Shown here: positions 36,901 through 51,900 of the stretch, piece by piece | How the letters are laid out: each line of letters opens with the position of its first letter | Position numbering within the stretch: position 1 is the stretch's first letter | DNA from: Tubiluchus corallicola | Lineage: Eukaryota; Animalia; Priapulida | Reading direction: 5' to 3' | Assembly: GCA_030141605.1 (NCBI GenBank) | Contig: JAQGDQ010000149.1 | Coordinates: 62,001 to 126,000, forward strand | Length of the DNA stretch: 64,000 nucleotides | Translations under genes and position numbers: made by a program | Notes under the pieces: generated by a model | What the model was told of the DNA's origin: nothing | The model's input: the letters and a program-made list of their open reading frames with translations, nothing else | The model's database searches: none

Positions 36901-39900
36901 TTGTAATTTTTTCGTTCAGAATTTATATAAACATGCTAGATACAAAGAGCGTCATGTGAAATTGAATATGTGCGCTGCACACTAACCCAAATAGTTACTT
37001 CTTAATGTACAACAAGCTTTGTTTTCAAAACAATGTTTTTTTCTAGCTTGTAGTTACGCCGCCACTCATCAGTACAAACACCTTCATCATGGTCATTCGT
37101 ATGCTGTCTATTCTCTGTGCAAGTTGCCCAGAGCTTGCTGTGAGATTGTTAAAACAGAGTACGTACAATAGCATTGTTATCATAATTTCTAATGCTGTAA
37201 TATAATCAAGTTGGATGTTATAAGATGTTTTATTAAGTTAGTGCTTTGTTAGCCTGAACTTAATACGTTGTTGTGAAAAAAGTTTACAAATGAAAGAAGC
37301 TTTGAGAGTGCACCCTTTTTCAAGGGTGTAGACATTGTTCAGTTATAATATTTATATTGAAAGGATTAATCATAAACATTGAATGAACTGTTTTCTATGA
37401 AGATTGTAAGGCAGAACTTGGAATTTTATTGCTGTTTACCTGCAACTAATGGTTTGCATCTTAAAAAAACAGTAATTTTTACCATTGTTTGTATTGTTAT
37501 TATTAGATGTTGCTGATACACTTAGTTATCTGTTAATGGGTGCACCAGACAGTGCCATGCAAAGCATAGAGGTATTTCATATTTTTTACTATGGTTTGTA
37601 CTTGTGTATTTTTATATCCTTGTCTGTTTTATGTGGCATACGTGGTTTTAACTTATCTTTAGTATTCCCGTACTGTTAAAAACTTTTTTGATCACTAATG
37701 TGTATAAATCATTTCAGGAACTTGTCTGTAAATTAACCAGATATAATTATTGCTTCAGGAACTTGAAGGGAAATGTGCAATGTTTATTGAAATAATTTTG
37801 CAGTGTTCTCTATTGATTTTTTACAGCTTGTGCCAAGAAGCCCACAGGAGTTGTATGAGATTACATCTTTAATAGGAGAGTTGATGCCACAGCTTCCAAC
37901 CGATGGTGTATTCAGCATTGATGCCATGTTGCGAAAAGGCAGTCATATTCCGACAGATACTGCAACCTGGCAGTGGAGAGATGATCGGGGTATATGGCAT
38001 CCATATACAAGTATTGATAGCAGAATTGTGGAGGTATTAGTTAGACATTTCTACCTCAGTTTTACTTGTTAAATCTTTTATTTGTTTGTGTTTTATGTAT
38101 TTGGCATATGTGGAAAGATCTGCTGTCATTATTAATTGAGAAATTTGTCTGGAATTTTGATTGAGTGTTACTAGTTATTAAACTTTTACATTACACCTAA
38201 TTGAATTTTTTGTAGGTGATAAAGATAGGCATTTTTGCTATTTTTTCCATTATAATTTGGTTTAAACTTATATTTATATTTATGTGCTTTATTGAGAGTT
38301 GGCAAATTTTTAACCTGTCAACATTATCAGGTGAAATAAAATGGGAGGGTGGTGCAGTTTGAAGCAGAAAATCTTATGAAAATAACTTCATAGCTTAGAA
38401 GTAGTGCTTATGTACTGAATTAAGAACAAGGTCTTGTACAAACATGTGACAAACATTAGATTTTTACAACCTAGGCAGCACACCAGGCTGGAGAGGATGA
38501 GATTAGCCTGACAACAATGGGGAGGACTTACACAATAGATTTTTTGTCCATGCAGCAAATTAATGAAGATACGGGTACAGCACGACCCGTACAGAGAAAA
38601 ACAAACACACATGCAGGTCATATCACTGGTAAGTTTACCTACTCTGCTCTTTATGTTTAATCCAAGTTGATATATATAATTTGTATTTTATTATATATTA
38701 TATATATCTTTTTTCCATTCTGATATTGTTTTTGTACATGATTACGATAACCATATGTCATGATTTATGTAAGAATTGTGATTATTCGTTATTTGCAATT
38801 TACTGATTAAAATTGTTTTTATTGCAGCTGCAACTTCAAACTTATGCCGTAGTGATTCCAGAGTTGATGTCTTAAAAGAAGATAAAGACCTTGGAGCTAG
38901 TCTGATTAAAACCTTATTCAGTGTTCTTTATGAAGTGTATAGTTCTTCAGTAAGTTTCACACTTTTGACAGTTATTTGAATCTGATTTGATTAAATTCTG
39001 ATTTTAACTCCTTGGTTAACTTTTGCCAGGACAGTATTACAATATTGGTTATGCTTAAAGTTATGTTTTCTTTGTGAATTGTAGTGTTTTTTTGTGTGTT
39101 GTTCATCATTGTGTCAATAGTTAAATATGGTTAATTCATAATGTCATTAGTGTAATTGCTAATTTTTAAATTTGAATGTACAGGCAGGACCTGCAGTTCG
39201 ACATAAGTGTCTTAGAGCCATTCTTCGCATGATTTATTATGCTAATGCCGAACTGTTGAAAGATGTTCTGAAGAATCATGATGTATCTAGTCACATAGCA
39301 GCCATGTTGTCGTCTAGTGACCTGCGAGTTGTCGTTGGTGCCCTGCAAATGGCAGAAATATTGATGCAACGTTTACCTGACGTCTATGGCGTTTATTTCA
39401 GAAGAGAAGGTAAACTGATTTTGACAGTTTTTAGTTAGATGTATGTATTAAAGTGCTTATTGATGTCATCAGCATCATTGTTATTGTTAATATTCTTGGC
39501 GTTTTGGAAGTATGTTGATCATCAAAACTACTCCATTTTGCATTATTTTCTCTTGTGTGCATTTGATTTCTGTGGTGCATCTTTAAAGTTTTCATTAATT
39601 GTAAGATAATAGTGTCAGAACTGGTACTCGGTTCAGCTGTGCTGTTTTTGACACATTTAGCAGGAATATTGGATCATTCTGATAATAATTATTTATTGTA
39701 TTTCATTGTGCTCTGCTCGAGCTGAATCACAATTCTGGTTGGAAAAAAACATGTCAGTGTCTGTAATATTATTTTATACTTGGGTAGTGTTTTTCGTATT
39801 TATTCAGTACATATTTCATACAGGTGTAACACATCAGGTAAGAAAGCTTATGTTAACCGAAGTTCATCTGGCTGGCACAAGTAGCAAAGATTCGAGTCCT

Positions 39901-42900
39901 AGTACTTCGGGAGCGAGCTTACAATCAGTCAGCCAAGGCGAATCCAGTCCAGGTGATAAAGATAAAGCAGAGGGTGATATTGCTAGCGAAAAGAGTTCTA
40001 ATTCACAGTTGTAAGTGTGGTTATATTTTATTGAGTCTTAAACAAACAAATAAAATAAGTAAGTACAAACGTTTTAAGAGCATTGGTGATTTTGTATTGT
40101 ATTCATGGTGACGAATCTTCTGTTTACTAGAAAACTCAGTGACGTATTAAAGAGAAAGCGGACCCCAAAGCGTGGTAGTTCGCGCAAAGGAAATCGATCA
40201 GAGGAAACATCTGTTGAGTCTCTCACATCTAGTAAACTATTTGGCGCTGCTGCATCGGCAAAACAGAGCTTGACTGGACGAGGTAAAACTACGACAGGTA
40301 CGTAATAATTATGTTGTTTCTTTTTGATTTGCTTTAATGGTAGTAAATTCTTTGCCCTAAAACTTTCTTCATTATTCTTGATATCACTATATGTATTTTA
40401 CTATCTCTTATGCGACAACTGTTTGAATTTGTTTGTGTTAATTTTTCTTTGTTGTAGTATATAAAACCTCATGAATTTTATTATAGATATTATAATGTAG
40501 TGACAAAAAATTGCTTACTTGCTTACTGATCCTTATATTCTAGGTAAACTGAGTGGGGCATCACAGAAAACCTCGTTTCTTACTAGTCTGAATCCCACAC
40601 GGTGGGGCAGATCCAATTCTAGTCCTGCAAATGAAAGGCCTTTACTGAGGGTTGGCTTACATCTTTCTCAGGTGCAATTTTGTGATCAGTTTTCTTTATC
40701 TAAAGACATCCTTGTTTTATTTTGTGGAGTGTTCTAATTTCTGCTTAGTACATTTCCGCACAGATAGTTTGTTTACTTATATATAAATTAGTCTAAGGTT
40801 ATGAGTAGAAATATTAAATGACTGCTTAATGTACCATCTCACTGATTGCATTTCAATTTGTTTTATTAGGAGTCTGGTATAATGCGTTCATCCAGTAGTG
40901 CTGGTCCAAACAATCGAGAGAAAATCAAAGTTTGGATTAAAAATCAAGGTGAGATAAGTAATTATTAAAATATTTTTTTGGAATATACCATGCTTGAACA
41001 GCAAGTACAAAAAGTGTAACACGTTAACAATATTAAAAATATATTGCCTTTTTTGTAAAATAAAATAAATTGGCCATTTTAATGAATTTGAAAATTCTCT
41101 AGCTACAGTATTATGAAAAAGTAGACTTTGCCCCGTGTTTTAGCTTGTGTTTCCGACTAAATGTAATTAATTGGTAAGTGTTCAAGAACCTATGCAACAG
41201 AGCATAATTTAAAAAATCAGTACGTGTTTTCCAAATATTTGATTCGGTCTCTAGTTACACTGATGATTGCAGCACTGGTGATCTTACAATTACCTTTTCT
41301 TTTCTGACTTTTGCAAATAATTGCAGCGGATTTCTAAATGAAAAATATTGAAACCAAAATTTACACCAGTCTGATAGATTGAATCACACTGATAATTTAA
41401 CAGAAAAGAATGCTTATAGAACAAATTTTGTCTTATTAACATTACTTTTATAAAATATTTGATAAAACTTTTAAGAAATCGCATAACAACAAATTAAATA
41501 AATAAAATGCATATATGAGTAGTCTTTTTATAGCATTATGTTATCAACCAAAATGTTTTGTAAATCTTTGCTTGCTGATATGTAAGGCAGTATTTAGCAA
41601 AATGCTGACAGGTTACTTGGGTGCAAAATACGAGTATTATATGGCATGTGTCAGCATGGACATATCACAATGCAATACTCCTTGCAATGCAAATATATTT
41701 CAAATTATAATTTTTAAAAGTCTGCAATTCTGATTACCATTAAAACTGTTAATTGTTTTTTTATTGTGTTTGAACTTTGATTTAGGTTTTGAATTTGATG
41801 CAATCCTATTGCTTTAAAGAAAAGTATGCCATTATCGGGCGGCTAAATCTGCTTTGAATTGCCCCTTGTAGATTTTAATCGTTAGAGTCCTTCTCTAGCT
41901 TATGTATTATACTTCGTCAAATACATACCTGGCATAATAATTCACTGTGCACATCATCTAGCCGAAGTATGTTTTAAAAATAGACACCTTGCTTTATAAT
42001 TCCATGTACAAATTCACATTCATTTTACTTCTATGTAATGTACTCATTTTATTAAATGTTTTTTTATTCCTATTTACATTTATAAATTTTCTTTTTTCAG
42101 CTGCCAAATTAGACAATCTGTATTTTAGTGTAGAGAATCATGGTGCCACACATCCAGCCCTTGATGTGCTCAATCGGTTAATGTCTGCCACTCAGTTATT
42201 GGAAGAGGTATCATGTGCAGCACACGATTTATCTCAATGTTATGTTAACGATTACAAATAAATGAGGTTTTTTACGAGTATTATAAATTGTAAGTTTGTC
42301 AGAAATCTTTTGCAGTGTTAAGTTTGTCATACATTTATTTTTTTCTGCTTTTCAGGATGGAGACAAGGTTGAAGCATTATCTTCTATAAGTACAATTATT
42401 TCACAAAGTGATGTTTCTCCATTTGAGGTGATACATAGTGGATTAGTTAATAAGTTGCTAAGATTTCTAACACATCCGGGCAATAGCAGAAATCATCGGT
42501 TGCAGCAATTCCTACATGTGTTTCTAAACTGTCCAGTAAGTTAAATTATGTCAAAACTTATTTTTTGTTACTTATTTAATTCTTTGTTTAGCAGATTTTA
42601 GAATGACGACTGATGAGCTTTTCAATCATTAACTTTTTTCTTAGTATTAAGCTTTTCTTGTAATTTTCAGCCACCAGGAAGTTGTGCTGTGTTTAAATTT
42701 GAAGATGGTGATCCGTCTCTCTCATCTCTGGTCAGTAAACTAAATGCCTGCATCAATCAGTTGGAACAATTCCCAGTAAAAGTTCATGACTTGCCTGGCG
42801 CCGGTGCTGCCGGCCGTGGTACTAATGCATTAAAATTTTTCAATACTCACCAGCTAAAGGTATTTTATTCGTGTTATATTAGATAACCATATTTATATGT

Positions 42901-45900
42901 TGGCATTGAAACATTAATTAAAAAGTTGGAAGTAATATTGACCAAAATAAAAGCAATCTGAGGTTGCTGCTTTGTGTCTGTTTTATTGCATGTATGTACG
43001 TTATGTAATGTTTTAAATTTTATTTTCTATGTGAAATCTAAAGTAAAGAAAGTAATGATTAATTTTAGCACTTAGTTTGGTAGAAACTATTTTGAGTGAT
43101 TTGTATTAAAAAGAAAAACTTAGAACTGACTTGAGGCTTAATTTCTTCCAAACGAGTCCTGAAAGTTTTCAAAACTTTACAAGTCCAGAAACTATGTGCT
43201 GCATTCAGTTCCTTGTTGCTTTCTTGCAGTGCAATTTGCAGCGCCATCCATCCTGTTATAATCTCCGACAGTGGAGAGGTGGTCCAGTAAAAATTGATCC
43301 GCTAGCTCTTGTTCAAGCAATTGAACGGTATTTGGTGATAAGGGGGTATGGACGTATCCGACCAGACGAGGATGAGGATGGGAGTGATGATGATAACTCC
43401 GATGAAGATATTGATGATACAATGGTTTGTTCTACAATGATTTTGTATTATTGCTTTGAATTCTTAACTAGTTGGAATACGGGATTTTTTTTTAATTGTA
43501 GATATGTTCATTTAAACAAGTGTGCTAATTTTTTTGTTGTAATGACAAAAATGTTGAATTCTAAATTTTTAGGCGGCAGTGTTCATAAGCCAAGGTAATG
43601 CGAGACATAAACTACAGTTCCTAATAGGAGACCATGTATTACCATATAATATGACTGTATACCAAGCTATTCGACAGTATGGCTCACCTGTAGAAGATGG
43701 CCACGAAACGGATGCAGATTCTGACCATCCATTTGGTAGAACTAGTATCTGGGTGCAGACACACACAATATGGTAAATGTGTCATTGTTATTCCAGTGTT
43801 TTTGTTTTATTGATGGTCAACCACTTCAGCTTGTTCTTGATTGCACTAAATTTGACATTTTCTCTATTTCTGCTTCTCAGATGCTTGGTTAAATTTTTTT
43901 TAAAGTTTATTTTCTTTTATTTACCTAGGTACCGCCCATTGTCTGATGATGATGCAGCGAGCTTTGGCAACATTTCTAGTGCAGCCACAACAAGTGCTGC
44001 TAGTACCAGCACTATCAGCCCAATTGGCAAAAAAGGAAAATCATCTGGTTTAAATAAAACATCTCCGAAAAGTAAAAAAGGAGAAGATTTGTGGCTGGGT
44101 ATGTTTTTAAAGGTCAAATCTAACACTTTTACAAGATTCCTTAAAGGGGGAATATCATGAAAATCAAGTTAAATTTATTTTATAGTTGCCTTCCCCGTGA
44201 ACAACTTGGCAAAAAAAATTTTAACAGTACGTTGTGTAATTAATGAGTAATTAACTTTTTTGTCTCGCGCGGAAATGCCGTGGAGCTGCACTTACGCCTC
44301 TCCCGGTGGAAAAATTGAACTAGCGCAGCTCTGCTGATGACGTAGCAGAGTGTACCCGCAGCTTGTTGTGATACTATGGTACACAACTGGGCTAAAAGTA
44401 AAGCTGTTATTATTACATTACAGTATTTGACCTTGGGTCGATAGGTGATAGAAACGATTGCCGTTGCGCTCATTCACGTTTTCATTAAATTCTGCAAAAG
44501 TGATATATTTTACTACTGTTGAAAGTTATAGGTCCATTATAGTATATTCTAATAGATGTGTAAACAATCATTGTGCCAAAGTAGACTGGCCTACAGCATA
44601 TTGTGAGAATTCTTGTGGCCTTAATTGAAAACATCGTTAGCAATACAAGCTGCAAAAGTGTGGGCCTTGGTAACAAAAGTTCTTTTCTTGTAAACAAGTC
44701 CTATAAAGTAACTTCATTCTGCTAGAAGAATTAATGAATTTGCAAATACAGAGAAACTCACTGAAGCATAATTATAATGCTAGTGTGACAATTTTTAGCG
44801 ACAGCTTCATTTTATCAGCCTTGACAAAAATATGTGAACCCCGTGGACACATAGAATTATTGATTAAACATATATGAACATTTTTAACTTTGTCGTGTAT
44901 CAGTCAGTTAAATCAGTAAGACTTTTAATATCAACCAGAACTTTAACTGTTGTTCTTTAGCTTTTGTTTTTGCATGATAACAACATGTTGTGTTTATTTT
45001 TACACAGCAGTATTATTAAAATATTAGGATTAAAAAAATTTTTTGTGGTCATTTGGACTGAAATAAAAATTAATGATAATAATATATTTATTATTAACAT
45101 ATTACTATCCGCTTTTACAAAATAAAAAACTAACGATATAATGTGGTTCGATGACAAAATAATTATTGTGTTATTTCAAGCAAGGTTATTCTGACACTCA
45201 TTCTATTACAAAGTTGAAAAAAGTGTATGTAGTACAAAATAATCTAGTGCAATGCTCTTTGTGCTACACAAATTGCCAAATATGCTGAAGTCATTGTTTA
45301 TGGTGTAAGGATTAACAATTTACAGTTGTCAATTTACGATTTACAATGTTTTTTCTTTAGTTAATATTCAAAATTCCGGAAGAAGCATCATAAATAAAAT
45401 TTTAGCTCAAAAAAATTGCATTACGTAATGTAATTGTGATATTTTTATTGAAATGGATACAAATCTCGAGATGACTAAACTGCGTCGATATGCTATACAC
45501 TTGGCTTAAAATGAAACAAATTAAAAAAGTTACTATCAAAAACTGCATCTGACTAAATCTGTTCGAAGTCTAAGCACAGTATTTTTAACATTAGAGTTTA
45601 TCATGTTCCTAAACTCTCATTTCAAAGCAAACAGCCGAGAAATTATTACACAGCTTATAGGAGTGAATCCAGCTTTTTTAGATTTTGCTTTCATTGTTTC
45701 AATAATTTTGTGTTGCTCATTGGAAACTAAAAGTTTTTATATTTTTGCTATTCCGACACTTTCCGTCTGACTGCTGCATCGAATGGCCCATTTAATTGTT
45801 GAATCCTAGTGTAACACATTCCACGGTTGTTTTTCAATAAGAACGATCACAATGACCGAAACCGAGCAAATCACACGTTCAGCACAGACGTCTATAAGTT

Positions 45901-48900
45901 CATATTTGGTACTAACATTTTGAATTTTATGGTATGAAAAATGTGGGTGCAATTCTAAGAAGAGTATCGTGAAACAATCTTTACTCAGAAGAAATGCAAG
46001 ACTGCCATTGCGTTCTAGGTCCCAGCTTACAGAGTGCCAAACAGTAAACTTTTACATACAGCTTTTGATGCAGTGTTGGGTATTTCATATTATATTATAA
46101 TATGGATATCATGTCTGTAAGCATGCAGTTATGAGAGATATTTTGGCAAAGGCTCTCATCTTATAATATTTGAGAATATCTTCAGCAATTACACATTGTT
46201 AGACATTTTTGTAGTTGCCCCAACGAAGTGGTTCACACAACGGCCTATTTATTATTAGATTATTCAATGCAGATTTGAATTTTTTTACAATTTGTTAAAG
46301 CTGAATGCTGAGATATAGGCAATTGACAAACACCATTTTCGGCCAATCTAATCATGACTCATTAGCAAGGTATCAATTGCCTGTGTCTCAGCACTCAGCT
46401 TTAACAAATTGCAAAAAGTTCAAATCTGCATCGAATAATCTAAAAATAAATAGACTGTTGTTTGAACCACTTCATTGGAGCTACTACAAAAATTCAGATG
46501 ACAAAAACAATGAGTAGCACATTTTAATCTAAACCCGCATGATATGATGGTACCCATGTTTTCCACTGCTTTGGTATAATGTTATATTACTGGTATGTCA
46601 ATCTCATAAGAACAACAATGTGCCTCTACTGAGGGTTCTGTTTTTTTTTTAGTTTTTGCAAAGGTAGAGTTAAACATATCAGAAACTTTCAACTAGAGTG
46701 TTGTCTTGATCTATATGTATGCATTAAATTCTTACTTGATAGCTTGCCTTGAATTTCACTTTTAAATTTAAGTTTTTAATCTAGTGCAGTCATTGTAATT
46801 GCAAAAAGTAATTGAAATTCATTTATCTGTGTTTAGTGTTTTGATAAATCAGTAAGATGTATTTATACACGTTTGTTGTAGATGGTATTGTGCCTTCACC
46901 AGTATCTCTTTTGGATGGTTTCCTTATCTCTGGGTTATTTGATTTGGTCTCTGTTAAAGATCCTTCATTGGAGGTGATAGCTTTATTGCGTGTTCTCCAT
47001 GCTCTGAACCGTTATTGGGGGACCTTGTATAATGTAAGTAGTAATTATTCATTATGTAAAGCTAATGAGTAAGATTATTGTACAGTATGCTTACTAATCC
47101 ACAATTATGTTTATGAGAAACGTACGTGTGGCTGAAATATTCCCTTCTGCATCATAATTTGGCGCTACAGCTAATGTAGGTAGGACCATCACGTTTAAAT
47201 TTGTTAAACATTTACACAGTGCTTACGTTTCTTAAGCTTCTTACTAAAGCCTACGACTCCGTTTACACATTATACATATATAATTATTATGTGTATGTGT
47301 GGGCCACGAGGCATGACCTACCACCTCATGCAGTAATTTTTTTACCTGTCACTATTTGAAATGACTTGGTGCTAATAAACACTTTTATTGAATCTAGCTT
47401 GAAATATATCATCTAGGCACCTTTGTTAATTACTGCTGCTAGGGGATTAGCTAAACTATTTGCTTTATTCTTTTGATATTGTGCTGAACTCTAACATGTG
47501 GATTACCAAGCACAAATTTTTCATTGCCTAACGTGGGTGCATGTGGCTCTATTTTAAATATTGTTGTCTGCATGCATCCATTTGTAGCCATTGCTTATTT
47601 AACTCATGTCATAGTTGTTGTAATTATTCATTACTACTGAAGAGGTTATAAAGAAATTTTAATAAAAAATTCTGCAAAAATGTGGAGAAACCACTCTGCT
47701 GTGACATGAAACTTATGAAACCTTTCATTCAAATACTTTCCCCCATACTCTTCGAGGCATAAAATTTTAACATAACTGAGAGGTTAGCAAGGGGTCATTC
47801 GTCATTAATTATACTGTGACAGTCTCCCAGTAGCAAAAGGCAGCAGTCTTCCGTGCAGGCTCACCAGGCTGTTTATCATTAAATTGCACTAATAAGCCGT
47901 ATCAGTAAAAATGAAAAACTCTGAATAAACTGGTTCACATATTATAAGTATATTGCTCATAATAGTTTATATTTCAATCCCAGGGTTAAATAAACAAATG
48001 CTAATGCATCTCACTAATGTATTAGTTACTAGTAGACAAAAATAATATTTTAAAAAAATTATAATTTATGAGCATTGTAGACTTATGACTGTACATTCTC
48101 TTGTTAAAAAAAGAAAATGCTTCAGCTACAGTTACGCCACTTCAGAAGCAAGGTGATAAGCAACCTTTGCAAAAATCAATAAATGTTTAGATTGACTAAA
48201 CTAATGCTTCCATTTACATGTGTAAATGTGACAACTCTAACTGTAATTGTAAGAATTATTTGACATATTTGACATTCTAATGTGCTATTAATAAAAATTT
48301 TTGCTAACATTTGTAAGTCATTTTCACTTTATGCTCTTTGCAAGAATAACACAAGTATTTCTTATTCTTATGCGATTTTGTTTTAGTTAAGTATGTACAA
48401 ACCAGTATTACCAGCAGGCGAATTTATCAATCATAAATTAACCGCCAAGGCTAATAGGCAACTGCAGGATCCTCTTGTTATAATGACTGCTCACATACCT
48501 GTCTGGCTACCAGAGATTGCAAATGCATGGTAAGAGTACAAGTTTATAGTGAAACAACATTTTATTAAAGTAGAGTAGATTCTGTTCTCTATAATACTTA
48601 CTGTTTTTGTGGTATAATCACATTTTCTTTTTTCTTCTGTTATGCTTTCTTGAGTTGATTAAATGATATTTTACTTTTTGTTTAGTCCATTTTTGTTGCC
48701 ATTTGAAACGAGGCAAATGTTGTTCTATACGACGTCATTTGATCGTGACCGTGCTATGCAAAGGCTTTTAGACACTGTGCCAGACCTGAACACCTCTGAG
48801 AGTGCAGAGAGAGTTACACCTAGACTAGAGAGAAGAAAGGTAATACTGATAGTAGTCGACTTACAATCCATGCAACTTACGACTGTTCTATTTTACGACC

Positions 48901-51900
48901 CAACCAGAACGTAATTAACTAATTATGCAAAACTAACAATAATTCATTTCCTCCTAATTTAAGCAGATTAATTTTAAATTGCTATCTGTTTTAATAAACT
49001 CTTCCATACTTACTTCTCCATACTTAGTGCGCATACATATACTCACAACACCTTACATGTAGGGGTGCGCCACTTGCATTTTACGACTGAGTCATCTTAC
49101 GATCAATCTGCTGGAACCGATATAGTTTTCAGTTCTTTGCTGTTTAGGGGCAATTTATTAAATGGAAATGACTGGTTTGTGATCATTATTTGTATGGATT
49201 TTAACTTCTATATATAATATAAATGAACTTTGATGTTTATTAAGGTGTAAATTGGTGATGGGAATCTGATTATTTTTGTAGCGCACTGTGCACAGAGATG
49301 ATCTCCTTCGTCAGGCTGAACAGGTGATGCAGGATTTGGGGACATCTAAAGCATTGTTGGAGGTCCAATATGAAAATGAGGTTTGTAAAATTTTGGTTAT
49401 TCTGATGGCTGCAAATGATTAGCTAATTTTTTTACAGGCAACATTTTTGTTAATTTTTAATGTTAATATAATGACATTTATATTTTTACTGAGTCTTGAA
49501 TGTGCCATATTGGTGTATGGCTACTTATATGGATCTGTGATAGTGGCATTACTGAGCATGAATCTGGTATTTTAGCAGTAGTAGTTTTTGTTTCTGAAAC
49601 TGTTGTATTTGTTTGTGCTTGGTGTTGTGCAATATGAACGTGTAATAGATACAATTACCATTTGTAGGTTGGCACTGGTCTTGGACCAACTCTGGAATTC
49701 TATGCTTTAGTTTCTCGAGAACTTCAGAGAGCTGATTTGGAGCTATGGAGGGGGGAAGCAGTAAAGTTTCATGACTCAAAAGGTCAGTGTAACTATCGTA
49801 AAAGATTTCCTGCAATCCATTTTTAGTACAACCACACTTGAAAACCTGTTCTCTGTATATTCACACATCTTTTACTTTTTTATAGGCGTGCAGAAAGATG
49901 TTATGTATATTCATTCTTCTGTGGGACTTTTCCCATTACCTCTTCCCCGATCCTCAAAGTCATCTGCAATCAAAGCGAAATTATCAAAGTTTCGGTTTAT
50001 GGGAAAGTTCATGGCCAAAGCTCTCATGGACTCAAGAATGGTAGGATAGTTTTGTTTTAGATGCCCTTTTATGAGTAATTTATCATTTCGTCAAGTAGAT
50101 TTAAAATCGAAGAAATGTGTTGGTGCTTTTTTGTTTAATTAGCTGATAGTATTCTTAAAGGGTTAGATAATTCCAATAATAAAAGCCATAGCACTAGCTG
50201 AGACACTGTAGTACTACTGTTATAAACTTCTTCTCATATTCTGATGTGCTATCATTCATGTTACGCAATAAGGACAACAGTATGTTTTTAAAACTATATG
50301 CATTGCTACGTCCATCTTCTAGTGCATAATGTATTACACATTAATTTTTAATTGACTGTTGGTATGTAGACTGTCTTTGAAGGTTCATAAGTTTAACAGT
50401 ATTAACATCATCTTTTGCAGGTTGATATTCCTTTAAGCCTAGCCTTTTACAAGAGGCTGTTAGGTCAAGATCAGTCACTTTGTGATGGAGATGTATTTCA
50501 CGTTGATCCTGAATTAGCAAAATCATTTTTACAACTTGATGACATATCTAGACAAAAGAAGAGACTTCAGGTTGACAAGTCACATGTATGTCTATGGTGT
50601 TGCTAGAGTTTTGTTTATTAGTAGTAAAATTTACCGTTCTTTCAGTACATACCTTGAATTTTTTTGTTGGATGTAATAATTAATATTTTTTATAATGGTA
50701 CAAGTCCTTGTTTCTAAACTCCACACAAGGAGTACTCCGATAAAGAGAATTTATGGAACTAGCAAAGACGTTTTCATTTTCTTGCATTACGGGCGGAAGC
50801 AGTGACACAGTAGCTGATTGGCCACGGTATCACTTGGCTCAGAATTACTTAGTGCTGACTTAGTTGGATGAATGACCATTAAAAACTGGTTTTGTGTAGT
50901 GAATCTGCCATCAAGGGAGGATGTACACACACTTGGACTTGGCTAAGACTGTAAGGCATTTCTGCTGATACAGGTTCTTGTTAGAGGATTGTCATTCATG
51001 GTAGAGTTTGGTTCTGACTCTGTTGCAGCTAGTCAGTATTTAGTAGTAGTTGGATTCTGGTTTGTCCAGCTTTATAATAATATAGTTTTATTGTGATACA
51101 GATAAAATGCAGAGTCAAATTGCAGAGTCATCAATACATGGTCACTAAGGTACTAAATTATGCTAGAGACTCAGCCATGCTTGGATGTTGCCTTTTATAA
51201 GTTTTTGTCTCTCGCATGATTATATGGTAGGACTTTTTAAGCGCCATACAACTTGACTTTGTTTTTATGACAGTTTGTTTTGTATATTTACTACAGACAC
51301 CAGCAAGTTTACAGCTAGCCCTTGATAGTTTAACCATTGGTGGATGCTCAATTGATGACCTCTACTTAGATTTCACATTACCGGGCTTTCCTAACATAGA
51401 GCTGAAGAAAGGTGGCAAAGACATTTCTGTCACTATCCACAATGTGGATGAATACTTAAAGGTAAATAAATTGCTAATTGCCAGTGTTGGCAAATCTATA
51501 ATTTGTTGTCTATTAAAGTAGTAAAATCCCCAGAATGTCCACACTTAGTGGTCAGTAGGGCATGCTAGAATAAAGAATTTTTTACAATATTAAGCAAATT
51601 AATCACTATATATGATTTTTGTGTCCACGTGTGTTTTAAAGCTATTTTTCAATAATTCTAGCTTGTTGTGCATTGGAGTCTTCTAGAAGGTGTTAATAAG
51701 CAACTCGAGCACTTCAAAGAAGGTTTTGAAGCAGTGTTTCCACTGTCAACATTGCAACTGTTCTATCCTGAAGAGGTACACAGTTTAGCTTAAACAGATT
51801 TATTTTCTTAATTAAGTATTTTCACTCATTTTTCCAATTGCCTTGTTCACACTTCGTGTTTTTTGCAGTTAATTGCCCTTTCATGATAAAAATAAGTTTT

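Noticed and set aside
42208-42215. GTATCA donor as a possible U12 intron
   Set aside because: Does not match GTATCCTT, and the acceptor has an ordinary polypyrimidine tract.
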